Shown here in pieces: positions 21,326-31,233 of a DNA stretch of 64,000 nucleotides (position 1 is its first letter; every line of letters starts with the position of its first letter). The position numbers were made by a program, and so were the translations under genes. The notes under the pieces are model-generated. The model was not told the origin of the DNA. It saw only the letters and a program-made list of their open reading frames with translations, and searched no databases. The stretch spans positions 768,001 through 832,000 of the forward strand of contig BK006949.2 of NCBI GenBank assembly GCA_000146045.2, written 5' to 3'. This DNA is from TPA_inf: Saccharomyces. Taxonomy: Eukaryota.

Positions 21326-21756
21326 CCCAGTTTTCACCTGGCCCATTAAACCGCACGATACACTCTCCGCTACTCTCGCCAACATTCTTTTTATACATAC
21401 TTGCACGAAACTGCTTTTTTAGCAATGAAAAGAAAATGTAGTGAACTCTACTATAGATTTTGTACATAAGATAAATAAAATACACTACTATATGAAATTT
21501 TTGTTTGTAAAGCTGGTGTTTGCACACATAGATAGTATCAACGTAGGGGATCAACACATGCACGACTACTAGAAGCCTTACCCGTAACTTCTTGCATATC
21601 TGCTTTGCCAATATTTTTTTTTAAAGTTATTTCTTAAACTACTCCTCGTGCTGTCCACATTTTTACCCGTTAGTTGTTAGACAAAAAAAAAGCGCAACTA
21701 TCTCCCTTTTGCGCATCTCCCAAGTCCTTTACCAAATATATTAGAAGAATGACACC

Positions 21757-21789
21757 CGGCCGAGACGGATGAAGCGGCCGTCTCGGCCG
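21757..21789. repeat. Perfect 12-bp inverted repeat CGGCCGAGACGG-N9-CCGTCTCGGCCG
   Basis: CGGCCGAGACGG ATGAAGCGG CCGTCTCGGCCG; GC-rich hairpin-capable palindrome in the YLH47 / YPR127W intergenic region, about 300 bp upstream of YPR127W. Confidence 0.85.
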
Positions 21790-22082
21790 CCTTAGGAAGG
21801 GATCTGCGTTTTTGTTCGTTAATGAGGTAATCAAGGGCGTACTTGGTAGAACGGTACTAAGTTAATCATTGCTGCTCTCCCTCAAAATTACTCAAAGAAT
21901 AGAGTGTCTATTGAACCGTAGAATAGGCATTTATTATATAAGGGGTTGTCAATTTACCAAATTTTTTACTTCATCTCAGGACTCTCTCTTAAAATTATTT
22001 TCCTTGCCATTTTCTATGTTATGTAGAATAGAAAAACAGGTACATATTAACTAAAATATACACCAAAAAAAGTAAAAATAAA

Positions 22083-23120
22083 ATGTCTGTCGCCGATTTG
22101 AAAAACAACATCCACAAGTTAGATACTGGCTATGGTTTAATGAGTTTGACTTGGAGAGCCGAGCCTATCCCTCAGTCGCAGGCTTTCGAGGCCATGCACA
22201 GAGTGGTTGAGTTATCCAGAGAACGTGGGCACAAGGCCTTTTTCAACGTTGGTGAATTCTATGGTCCCGATTTTATTAATTTGTCGTATGTTCACGACTT
22301 CTTTGCGAAATACCCAGATTTGAGAAAGGATGTGGTTATCAGTTGTAAAGGTGGTGCAGACAATGCTACCTTAACCCCCAGAGGCAGTCACGATGATGTT
22401 GTACAAAGCGTAAAGAATTCAGTTAGTGCTATTGGTGGCTACATCGACATCTTCGAAGTCGCAAGAATCGACACTTCCCTATGCACGAAAGGAGAGGTCT
22501 ACCCCTACGAATCGTTCGAAGCGCTTGCTGAGATGATCTCCGAAGGCGTTATTGGCGGTATTTCATTAAGTGAAGTTAATGAAGAGCAAATTAGAGCTAT
22601 TCACAAGGATTGGGGAAAGTTTTTGACCTGCGTTGAAGTGGAACTTTCTTTGTTCAGTAATGACATTTTACACAACGGAATTGCTAAAACATGTGCTGAA
22701 TTGGGGTTGTCCATCATCTGCTACTCCCCACTGGGCAGAGGATTGTTGACAGGTCAATTGAAGTCAAACGCTGATATCCCTGAGGGTGACTTTAGAAAGT
22801 CGTTAAAGAGATTTAGCGACGAGTCTTTGAAAAAAAACCTGACCTTGGTCAGGTTTCTACAGGAAGAAATAGTCGACAAGCGCCCACAAAACAACTCCAT
22901 TACTCTTGCACAACTGGCTTTGGGATGGGTTAAGCACTGGAACAAAGTTCCGGAATACAGTGGCGCCAAATTTATCCCAATTCCAAGTGGCTCTTCTATT
23001 TCCAAGGTTAATGAAAACTTTGATGAACAGAAAACCAAACTTACCGATCAAGAGTTCAATGCCATTAACAAATATTTGACTACTTTCCATACTGTTGGTG
23101 ACAGATACGAAATGGCGTAA
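22083..23120 (+). CDS. Aldo-keto reductase family protein, pyridoxine 4-dehydrogenase-like (345 aa)
   Basis: 345-aa ORF; AKR fold; matches length and position of YPR127W. Confidence 0.75.
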   Translation: MSVADLKNNIHKLDTGYGLMSLTWRAEPIPQSQAFEAMHRVVELSRERGHKAFFNVGEFYGPDFINLSYVHDFFAKYPDLRKDVVISCKGGADNATLTPRGSHDDVVQSVKNSVSAIGGYIDIFEVARIDTSLCTKGEVYPYESFEALAEMISEGVIGGISLSEVNEEQIRAIHKDWGKFLTCVEVELSLFSNDILHNGIAKTCAELGLSIICYSPLGRGLLTGQLKSNADIPEGDFRKSLKRFSDESLKKNLTLVRFLQEEIVDKRPQNNSITLAQLALGWVKHWNKVPEYSGAKFIPIPSGSSISKVNENFDEQKTKLTDQEFNAINKYLTTFHTVGDRYEMA

Positions 23121-23217
23121 GGTTAAAAAAGTGAATCTCCATTGTTTATATAAATTTTAAATTTGATATGTAAAGATTCTAAACGCAATGTGCTTATTTC
23201 AGTAATAGTAAGGATTC

Positions 23218-24204
23218 TCAAGTGGAAGCCAGCTTGCGTTGTCCGTTGTGCTTTAGGAAAAAAGAAGAGTACAAGAATATTAGCCTCTTTAAAGATTTTG
23301 TCAATTCTCCTCTGAAAGCAAACAACAGACCTTGCACAATGACACCCTTTGTCAATTGAGGAAGAACTCCCTTCCAAAGAGATTTTAACCCTTCATTTTT
23401 GTACAAGTATAGTAGCGCTTCTTGGAAAGTAGTGAATTTAGAGCCAGCGCTTTGAAGCATTGCTTTAGCGACAATCAAGGGTTGCGTAACTAGAGTCGAA
23501 ATCATCTTGGAAAGGACACCCAAAATGAAATTTTGCACTGCTGACAAACTGCCAGCATCGTTGGAATGGTCATGGAAAAAAACTTCTTTAAGTCTTTGAA
23601 AAGAGGCATATGTGATGGAAGGATTTATCGTCAATGCTAAACCTGTTCTTAAACCTTTCCAAAAAGCAGTTATGTCCCCATTATTTTCACGGTAAATGTC
23701 CTTAATAACGTTGGTAAATTTGGCAGACTCTGCAGAATGGACTGTTTGTTGTCTTGTAGCTACCACAGCCATGGGACTAGTAAAAAGTTGCGATATACTG
23801 GCAGCTGCTACCCCAAGTACCAATTCTTCAATCGTAGAAGGTGTGATAGGACCATCGCGGTTTTTCAGTGATTGCAGTCCTAACAGCTTATGTTTCATGT
23901 AGGACTTTCTGATAAATGTGTACCAAAAGAAATAAACAAAATTCTGGACAAATGTGGCCACCGTAGTGACTGTCATACCTTGATACAGACCCAAAATACC
24001 CTTTTCTTTGAATATGTTTATCATGCAATCTACAACATTCTTATATCTCCTATTGGGCAAAACTTTACCTTCGTTACTATCCTCACTTGAAGAAGGAGAT
24101 ACTTGTGACTGAATGATCGTCTTCGATAAATCCAGCGGATAAACTGCAATATTGGCCATTGCCGAAGCCACAGCGCCAGTTAATGCAGACTCTAGAGTTA
24201 ACAT
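23218..24204 (-). CDS. ANT1: Peroxisomal adenine nucleotide transporter, mitochondrial carrier family (328 aa)
   Basis: 328 aa, three mitochondrial-carrier repeats; synteny YPR128C. Confidence 0.85.
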   Translation of the reverse strand: MLTLESALTGAVASAMANIAVYPLDLSKTIIQSQVSPSSSEDSNEGKVLPNRRYKNVVDCMINIFKEKGILGLYQGMTVTTVATFVQNFVYFFWYTFIRKSYMKHKLLGLQSLKNRDGPITPSTIEELVLGVAAASISQLFTSPMAVVATRQQTVHSAESAKFTNVIKDIYRENNGDITAFWKGLRTGLALTINPSITYASFQRLKEVFFHDHSNDAGSLSAVQNFILGVLSKMISTLVTQPLIVAKAMLQSAGSKFTTFQEALLYLYKNEGLKSLWKGVLPQLTKGVIVQGLLFAFRGELTKSLKRLIFLYSSFFLKHNGQRKLAST

Positions 24205-24355
24205 TGATGATATGCTCGTAACAATCTTGGCCTAGCTTCCAGGGTGTCTGTACTTTTACGCAGCATCATATTTTCTCTATTTTTTGCACATCTTCTTGCT
24301 CTTCTTATATTTACCAATTATCTGAAATAGTCACTCGGACCGAGATGCAAAAATC

Positions 24356-24375
24356 GGATTTAAAACTCGATCCGA
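24356..24375 (+). promoter_or_regulatory. Oleate response element (ORE; CGGN3TNAN9CCG) upstream of ANT1
   Basis: CGGATTTAAAACTCGATCCG fits the Pip2-Oaf1 ORE consensus CGGNNNTNA(N9-12)CCG; about 150 bp upstream of the ANT1 ATG; ANT1 is a known oleate-induced Pip2/Oaf1 target. Confidence 0.6.
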
Positions 24376-24686
24376 GGAGAACACCAAATGACACAACTTC
24401 TATCAATGCAATTGCCCTCTAAGTATCATAGATGCCGCTATTTTAAATGACAGTGCAATCGATTTCCATATTAAATGGATAAAGGTGTTTATTATGAAGA
24501 TACCCATTACTGACGTATATGTAATGATTCCTCAGTCCAGTACCATAGTCCCGTCACCTTACACGGTGGAAAAATTAAACTGTACCCGCGATTGTAAAGA
24601 ATAACGTGGAGGCAGTCAGAAAGAACAATAAACGAATAGTGAGGATGTCGTAGAAGAAGCATTCATCGAAAAACAGCAGCAAGGCA

Positions 24687-25736
24687 ATGTCGCAGTACAT
24701 CGGTAAAACTATTTCTTTAATCTCTGTGACTGACAACAGATATGTGGGGCTGTTAGAAGATATTGACTCTGAAAAGGGTACCGTGACTTTGAAAGAAGTT
24801 CGCTGTTTTGGTACAGAAGGTCGCAAGAACTGGGGTCCTGAAGAAATTTATCCGAATCCTACGGTATACAATTCTGTAAAGTTCAACGGCAGTGAAGTCA
24901 AGGATTTAAGCATTTTAGATGCTAACATCAATGACATACAGCCGGTTGTTCCTCAAATGATGCCACCCGCTTCACAATTCCCTCCTCAACAAGCTCAATC
25001 TCCACCCCAGGCTCAAGCTCAAGCACACGTGCAAACAAACCCCCAAGTTCCAAAGCCCGAATCCAATGTGCCAGCAGCTGTCGCTGGATATGGTGTTTAC
25101 ACCCCAACTTCGACAGAAACCGCTACTGCTAGTATGAATGATAAGAGCACTCCTCAAGACACCAATGTAAACTCGCAAAGTAGGGAAAGAGGTAAAAATG
25201 GTGAAAATGAGCCAAAATATCAAAGAAACAAGAATAGATCAAGTAATCGCCCTCCTCAATCCAACCGCAATTTCAAAGTCGATATTCCGAATGAAGATTT
25301 TGACTTTCAATCAAATAATGCAAAATTCACGAAAGGTGATTCCACTGATGTGGAAAAAGAAAAAGAATTAGAATCAGCTGTTCACAAGCAGGATGAATCT
25401 GATGAGCAGTTTTATAATAAAAAATCGTCTTTTTTCGACACCATCTCCACTTCTACTGAAACTAATACCAATATGAGATGGCAAGAAGAAAAAATGTTGA
25501 ACGTTGACACCTTTGGACAAGCTTCTGCCAGACCAAGATTTCACTCTAGAGGCCTCGGTCGTGGGCGTGGAAATTATAGGGGAAACAGAGGAAACAGAGG
25601 AAGAGGCGGCCAACGTGGAAACTACCAAAACAGAAATAACTACCAAAATGATAGTGGCGCCTATCAGAACCAAAACGACTCGTACAGCAGACCAGCCAAC
25701 CAGTTTTCGCAACCTCCTTCCAACGTTGAATTTTAA
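24687..25736 (+). CDS. SCD6: LSm14-family translational repressor / decapping activator with C-terminal RGG repeats (349 aa)
   Basis: N-terminal Sm-like domain ([23 protein letters not shown]), FDF-like region, C-terminal RGxGRG repeats ([24 protein letters not shown]). Confidence 0.88.
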
Positions 25737-25910
25737 AATGATGTTTCTATGTAAATTAAGTATATCATTCAGTATGTACATACAAAAATCAAATTAATAG
25801 TATTATAGTCCGCGCCTCTGGATAGTATTATTTTAGTGCGTATCGCAAAATATGAATAGCACAGAGGTTCATTATTATGTTCTGAGTATGAGGACGAGGT
25901 AATACATACC

Positions 25911-26498
25911 TTAAAATCTTACATCATGTGGATAGCATTTATGGCTTCTTCCATCCGGCCGTACGCTTCTGTTCCTGTCCCTAGCCATAGCTTTTCTCAT
26001 ATCAAAAGCATCTTTATTGTCATCTACTTTTTTCAGGGTATCTGGATACCCATCTTCAGCTGAGTTATAATATCCCACCACTCTCCTGTAGACACTGTAT
26101 CCCAATTTTTCGTAAAGTTTGATGGCCAATTGGTTATTGCACTTGACGAAAAGATCGATAAAGTTGACTTCATGGGGCATGACATCGGTCATGGTCTCCA
26201 AAGTATTACATAACTTCGAAGCTAGCGATATTCGGCGGAATCTTGGAGCTACTGTCACTGCAGTTATATGAGTGTGCCACTCCGTGGTCTTGCCTTCTGT
26301 TTTTGCCATCATGTAACCAGAGATATTATGCTTAAATGTAGGATCAACAGTCATTTCTGAACTTTTGAAAAAAAGGTCTGGCCATATTATCATGTATTCA
26401 AAATAAAACTCTAAAGGGAAGTTTTCTGTTAAGATATCAAGGTTGACATTGTTAGTTTTGAATAAATCGACAGGTTCAAAAGGCTGAATTGTTGTCAT
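25911..26498 (-). CDS. NAT3: NatB N-terminal acetyltransferase catalytic subunit (195 aa)
   Basis: Start taken at MTTIQPFEPVDLF (Met76 of the 270-codon open frame); GNAT fold; the 75-codon upstream extension runs through the RPS23B promoter Rap1 site and is unlikely to be translated. Confidence 0.8.
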   Translation of the reverse strand: MTTIQPFEPVDLFKTNNVNLDILTENFPLEFYFEYMIIWPDLFFKSSEMTVDPTFKHNISGYMMAKTEGKTTEWHTHITAVTVAPRFRRISLASKLCNTLETMTDVMPHEVNFIDLFVKCNNQLAIKLYEKLGYSVYRRVVGYYNSAEDGYPDTLKKVDDNKDAFDMRKAMARDRNRSVRPDGRSHKCYPHDVRF

Positions 26499-26654
26499 TT
26501 CTCGAATCCTCCTGTCTCTTTCCTTGAATATTCTCAATGTTCCACTATCTTTCACATAAGCAATATTGTGAACTATATATACTTCATTAGATATTGCTTC
26601 AACATTAATATTAATAAAAAGGACATGCATAAAGTAACATCCGAACATCTCCAA

Positions 26655-26669
26655 ACACCCATACATATT
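26655..26669 (+). promoter_or_regulatory. Rap1 binding site (RPG box) in RPS23B promoter
   Basis: ACACCCATACATATT matches the Rap1 consensus ACACCCRYACAYM; about 300 bp upstream of the RPS23B ATG, typical of ribosomal protein genes. Confidence 0.6.
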
Positions 26670-26964
26670 TATATTATCGACGAGGGAATTTTTTTCTTCC
26701 CAGGCCCACCAACGTGCGCCCACCGCTATGTTTTTTGCGCCTAGGTAGGTGGGCTAGCTTCTATGTATCAAAGCTCCTTCTGCGCAGCCGAGGTTTTGCT
26801 AAGCACTACCGCATTGGAATGACTGTGTTTGTAGGAGCTCCTTGTCTCCACGCTTTCGCAATTTTCAAGATCGAGATACTATTAGTGATGGTAAGGTTAT
26901 GAAGCTTACATGTTTAATATTGTAGATTCCAGAAGCAGGTAAGAACAACAAACTACAAGAAAAG

Positions 26965-27767
26965 ATGGGTAAAGGTAAGCCAAGAGGTTTGAACTCCGCT
27001 AGAAAGTTGCGTGTCCACAGAAGAAACAAGTATGTACAATTATAGAAGATTGCACTATGGTTGAAAGATTTTCATAATAAGTAGAAGAAAGGATCGGCCA
27101 TTGCTACCATGAAATGAGTTGGAAGCTTGAAAAAGTAAGGGAGAATAATTTTGCAAGAAACTAGGGTAGGGCTACTTAATTTATTATAGCCATTTGAATT
27201 CATCAGCTTTTAGGAGGAGAAAGGCCATTTTGCGAATTTTGAATAAGAAAGTCCACAAGTGATGAAACTGAAAATCTACAATGAATTTCTGCCATCTCAG
27301 ATAATGAATTCACTACGAGAACCTCATTTACTAACAAATTTATTAATCTTTTTGATGAAACTATGTTTTGTCAAAAGTTAATCGTTTAAAACAGCCGTTG
27401 GGCCGAAAACAACTATAAGAAGAGATTATTGGGTACTGCCTTCAAGTCTTCTCCATTCGGTGGTTCTTCTCACGCCAAGGGTATTGTCTTGGAAAAGTTG
27501 GGTATCGAATCCAAGCAACCTAACTCTGCTATCAGAAAGTGTGTTAGAGTTCAATTAATCAAGAACGGTAAGAAGGTTACTGCTTTCGTTCCAAACGATG
27601 GTTGTTTGAACTTTGTCGATGAAAATGACGAAGTCTTGCTAGCCGGTTTCGGTAGAAAGGGTAAGGCTAAGGGTGATATTCCAGGTGTTAGATTCAAGGT
27701 CGTTAAGGTCTCTGGTGTCTCCTTGTTGGCTTTGTGGAAGGAAAAGAAGGAAAAGCCAAGATCTTAA
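26965..27767 (+). CDS. RPS23B: Ribosomal protein S23 (uS12), spliced: exon1 26965-27029, intron 27030-27394, exon2 27395-27767
   Basis: Exon 1 ATGGGTAAAGGTAAGCCAAGAGGTTTGAACTCCGCTAGAAAGTTGCGTGTCCACAGAAGAAACAA then GTATGT donor; TACTAAC branch point near 27328; acceptor AAACAG at 27394; exon 2 continues C-CGT-TGG ([18 protein letters not shown]...); total 145 aa. Confidence 0.9.
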
Positions 27768-27977
27768 GCAGAGTTATATTACGATTTCATAATTCGAAAA
27801 ATTCTACTGTGTATGTATATGTTTAAGAGATTAAATAATTCTTCAAAATCATCAAACATCAAGCTTATTTAATAATCCTCTTAATAAAACCACCTAGTGT
27901 TATTTCGAATTTCTTAAACAAAAAACACATACATATGATACATATCTCAAAGCATTACGGAATTACCTGTTTTGTTA

Positions 27978-29210
27978 TTATTTATGCTTCTTGTTTAATC
28001 TTGAAGTCAACCTCTTGTACATCTCACTATTGTTTAAAGTGGAACCAACACCAACTGCTCTTGCGTTTGTAGGTACTGCGCTAAGGTTACTCACAGGAGC
28101 ATACTTGTAATCAGTAGTGGTTTGTGCTGGTGCGGCAGCCCTGTTTCTCCTTGCAGCAGCTTGTTCGTACAAGGTTTGTACCGAAGAACCACGAGAGGTA
28201 GGATCTTCACCAGACTTAGATTTCTTTTTCCTATTTTTGGCAGAATCCATAACGGATTTCTTTCTCAATTTTTCAGAATCAAACTCTAATTGCATTATTC
28301 TCTTATCTCTGTAGTTATCTGAAGCACCAATAATAGGTCTTGTCCACTCCGCAATTAATTTTTCAGCCAACCTAGCTAGTTGAGCTTCGACACGCTTGGA
28401 CTTTGTATAAAAGATAACTACTCTCCCCAAACCACTCTCCTTCAGGTGTTCAGTTTTCACTGGTAGATCGTTTAAAGCTGCAAAGAGTGACTTTTGAATC
28501 TCAAAAGATGGCAGAGACCCATCAGGTAAGGGTTCCAACCATATTCTGACACTTTGAAGTAAGTTATTATCCAAAATGGTGTCTGCCAAGTTTGCCTTTG
28601 ACAGTACGCTTACCACCTTCGGCAACAATTTGACCTTCTGCATGGCAATCAGCGAAGTATCTCCAGTTTCTATTCTCTTATTTAAAGTATCGATGTCCAA
28701 CTGTGCTGCAATATTCATTTCGTCTTTAAGCCTTAGAATTTTTTCATCCAAGTACTGTTCTAAATCGTCTTCATCCCTCCTCGTTCTTCTAACCTTTGGT
28801 TTTTTCAATATACGGTCCAGTTTTTCTTCCAATTCCTGTCTACTACTTGGAGTAGCACTTGAATCTCTATCTTTACTAGCCCTATTTTCCACCGTTGGTT
28901 GAAGACTCTGATCATTATGCTCCTCCTTTTCTAGGTCGTCATCTGAGAAATCTGTGCTAATGTGCTTACGTTTCCTTTCTGCAGCTTCTACGTTACTATT
29001 TTCGTCTATTGCGGCTTCCTCGTTCTTTTCTCCGTTATCTGGGTCTTTAGTATCATTGGAGGTACCTTTTGAAGTTTCTTGGGGTTCCATACTTTGATTT
29101 TGTTTTGTATTTTCATTCTCAGCGTTTATAGTTGACTTTTGGGAGGAAGCTGTCCCATCTTCTGGTGTCGCTTCCACCACTTTGGGTTGTTCTTGATCGG
29201 CTGTACTCAT
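27978..29210 (-). CDS. SPN1: Spt6-interacting transcription elongation factor, IWS1 family (410 aa)
   Basis: 410 aa; acidic S/E/D-rich N-terminus then conserved TFIIS-N-like IWS1 core; synteny YPR133C. Confidence 0.85.
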   Translation of the reverse strand: MSTADQEQPKVVEATPEDGTASSQKSTINAENENTKQNQSMEPQETSKGTSNDTKDPDNGEKNEEAAIDENSNVEAAERKRKHISTDFSDDDLEKEEHNDQSLQPTVENRASKDRDSSATPSSRQELEEKLDRILKKPKVRRTRRDEDDLEQYLDEKILRLKDEMNIAAQLDIDTLNKRIETGDTSLIAMQKVKLLPKVVSVLSKANLADTILDNNLLQSVRIWLEPLPDGSLPSFEIQKSLFAALNDLPVKTEHLKESGLGRVVIFYTKSKRVEAQLARLAEKLIAEWTRPIIGASDNYRDKRIMQLEFDSEKLRKKSVMDSAKNRKKKSKSGEDPTSRGSSVQTLYEQAAARRNRAAAPAQTTTDYKYAPVSNLSAVPTNARAVGVGSTLNNSEMYKRLTSRLNKKHK

Positions 29211-29556
29211 TGCTAATTGATATGTTTTTGCCTTTTATTACTAAAAGTTCCTCTATATATACTTCAGAGGACAATAAACTCCCTTGATATGGCCTGCATA
29301 TACTTTACAAGTGCTATCAAACAAAGATGCTGGGCAATGAAGCTGACAGTTAACTCTTCCAAAACTTCCCTTCAAAGAAATTGTGAGAGAAAAAAACCTT
29401 CTTGTTACCCTTCTTTGGAAGAATACCGCACATCATAAAATCAAGAAATGAATTCGAAAGTTTACTCTTTCTTTCTAGAGGCGTTACACCAATATTAGCG
29501 AATTGCAGTTTCCCACAAAAGGCGTCCATTGGCATCAAATAACTAGATAGTATAAA

Positions 29557-29709
29557 ATGTTTGGTCTACCTCAACAGGAAGTCTCCGAAGAGGAGAAAAG
29601 AGCTCATCAAGAACAAACTGAGAAAACCTTGAAACAGGCCGCTTATGTGGCTGCGTTTCTTTGGGTTTCCCCAATGATCTGGCATTTGGTGAAAAAGCAA
29701 TGGAAATAA
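29557..29709 (+). CDS. TOM5: Small TOM complex subunit (50 aa)
   Basis: MFGLPQQEVSEEEKRAHQEQTEKTLKQAAYVAAFLWVSPMIWHLVKKQWK, tail-anchored; below the size cutoff of the ORF track. Confidence 0.85.
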   Translation: MFGLPQQEVSEEEKRAHQEQTEKTLKQAAYVAAFLWVSPMIWHLVKKQWK

Positions 29710-30050
29710 TTCCCCACTGAAGAAAAAAGATTGCATCTATGAATGACACTAAAATATGTTTCTCTTTTTGTATTTGCTTTTGATTAAATAATGGTCAATT
29801 TGCGCCCCCCACCTTATATAGTTTAGAGAAAGACGTGTAAATATTTTTTAAAAAATTGATACTGCTCTAATGAGCCTAAATCTCCTTTCTTCGCTTGTAT
29901 ATATGCGTATTCTGTATGTTTGTCCAGGCAGATTTTTCGGCTTTTTTTACCAGCTTTTATTATTAAAATGTGATAACCTTAATTGAAGGTTGCGATACAA
30001 AATAATCCTTTATTACGCATAACCAAGGAAAAGAGAAAATCAGTGCACAT

Positions 30051-30857
30051 ATGGGTTTACCTGAAGTTAACTTTCTTCGAAAAAACTGCATACTTGTGGA
30101 GTTAAAATTATTCTATCAAACAGTATACCCACCGAAGGAACTATATTGGAATAACCGAATAACTGCAGAATTGAGTACATTCTCCAATATTAAGTATGCA
30201 AGGCCGACTTTCGCAGTAAATAATGGCACATTTCAGAGAACAAGACCGAAATTAGACTTGGTACTGGCTTCATCTGATATTCGTAAGCTGGCTACGGTTT
30301 TATTTAATTTAAAAGCTCTCATAATGAATACGAAGGGTGAGGAACCCACTCTAACCACGATGACTAGTGTCCAAACGAACGAAGAGAAAAATGATAACCT
30401 GGAACAGAAATATTCAAGTCTGCTAGATAGATGGAATGGGAAAGTAGAAGTGCATGATTCTCCTTTCCTTCAACTCCAACGGGACAGCAACCTTTTGTTT
30501 GCTGAGAGGCCGGTACGTTACGTTAGCACTACAGAAGGTGAAGGCGTGGACATATCTAGTGAAGAGTTTTTCAGGTTAGAGGAAGAACAGTGCCGAAGGA
30601 ATTATGATGTTTTGGTCGATGAACATTCTACACCATCAGTCGGGATGAAAGACGGCCAATACGGACCAAATATAATTCACTTTGAACCGTCGCTGTACCA
30701 CACATATTCTTCTCTACCAATGAGTATGAAATTTTGGTTAAATGGTCTAGAAGACGACGAAACGACGATGATGAACATTGATGAGAAGTCAGCCGAAAAT
30801 CTGGATATATTATTACATGGTTTCAAAGGATTTTCGAACAAGCGCGTTAAAGGATGA
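30051..30857 (+). CDS. MSS18: Nuclear-encoded mitochondrial group I intron splicing factor (268 aa)
   Basis: 268-aa ORF at the YPR134W position between TOM5 and CTF4. Confidence 0.7.
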   Translation: MGLPEVNFLRKNCILVELKLFYQTVYPPKELYWNNRITAELSTFSNIKYARPTFAVNNGTFQRTRPKLDLVLASSDIRKLATVLFNLKALIMNTKGEEPTLTTMTSVQTNEEKNDNLEQKYSSLLDRWNGKVEVHDSPFLQLQRDSNLLFAERPVRYVSTTEGEGVDISSEEFFRLEEEQCRRNYDVLVDEHSTPSVGMKDGQYGPNIIHFEPSLYHTYSSLPMSMKFWLNGLEDDETTMMNIDEKSAENLDILLHGFKGFSNKRVKG

Positions 30858-31233
30858 ATTAATCATCCTCTTCATGTACTACTTATGTCCAATTTGAGTG
30901 TAAAATCACAGGTACAAGGCTTATCCATATTCGTATATATCTTCATAATGTTTCATAATTGCTTCAGAAAATTATTCAAAACGTCTTGTGATATTCATTA
31001 GGTGAAATCGTAGTTTGCCTGATACTTGAAAGAATCTCACCTGGAGAATGGGTGTTTTCACTAAGATTCGTTAATTTCCACTAATGATTAATTGTTAACT
31101 GTTTAACGCGACGCGTAATAAAGTTTCCTGAATACGCCAACATATGGGAACATATAGATTAAATTAATAAGAAAGCTTGGGAAAAATAATTGAGAAGGGC
31201 AAGAAGTGACGTAAATATACTAGACGTACTATT

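Noticed and set aside
21004-21406. Two minus-strand ORFs (103 and 109 aa) over the YLH47 3' end (YPR126C-like)
   Set aside because: They are antisense to a conserved gene. Their low-complexity S/L-rich sequence is driven by the K/E-rich sense strand.
25374-25781. 135-aa minus-strand ORF over the SCD6 3' end (YPR130C-like)
   Set aside because: It is antisense to the RGG-repeat region and is compositionally driven.
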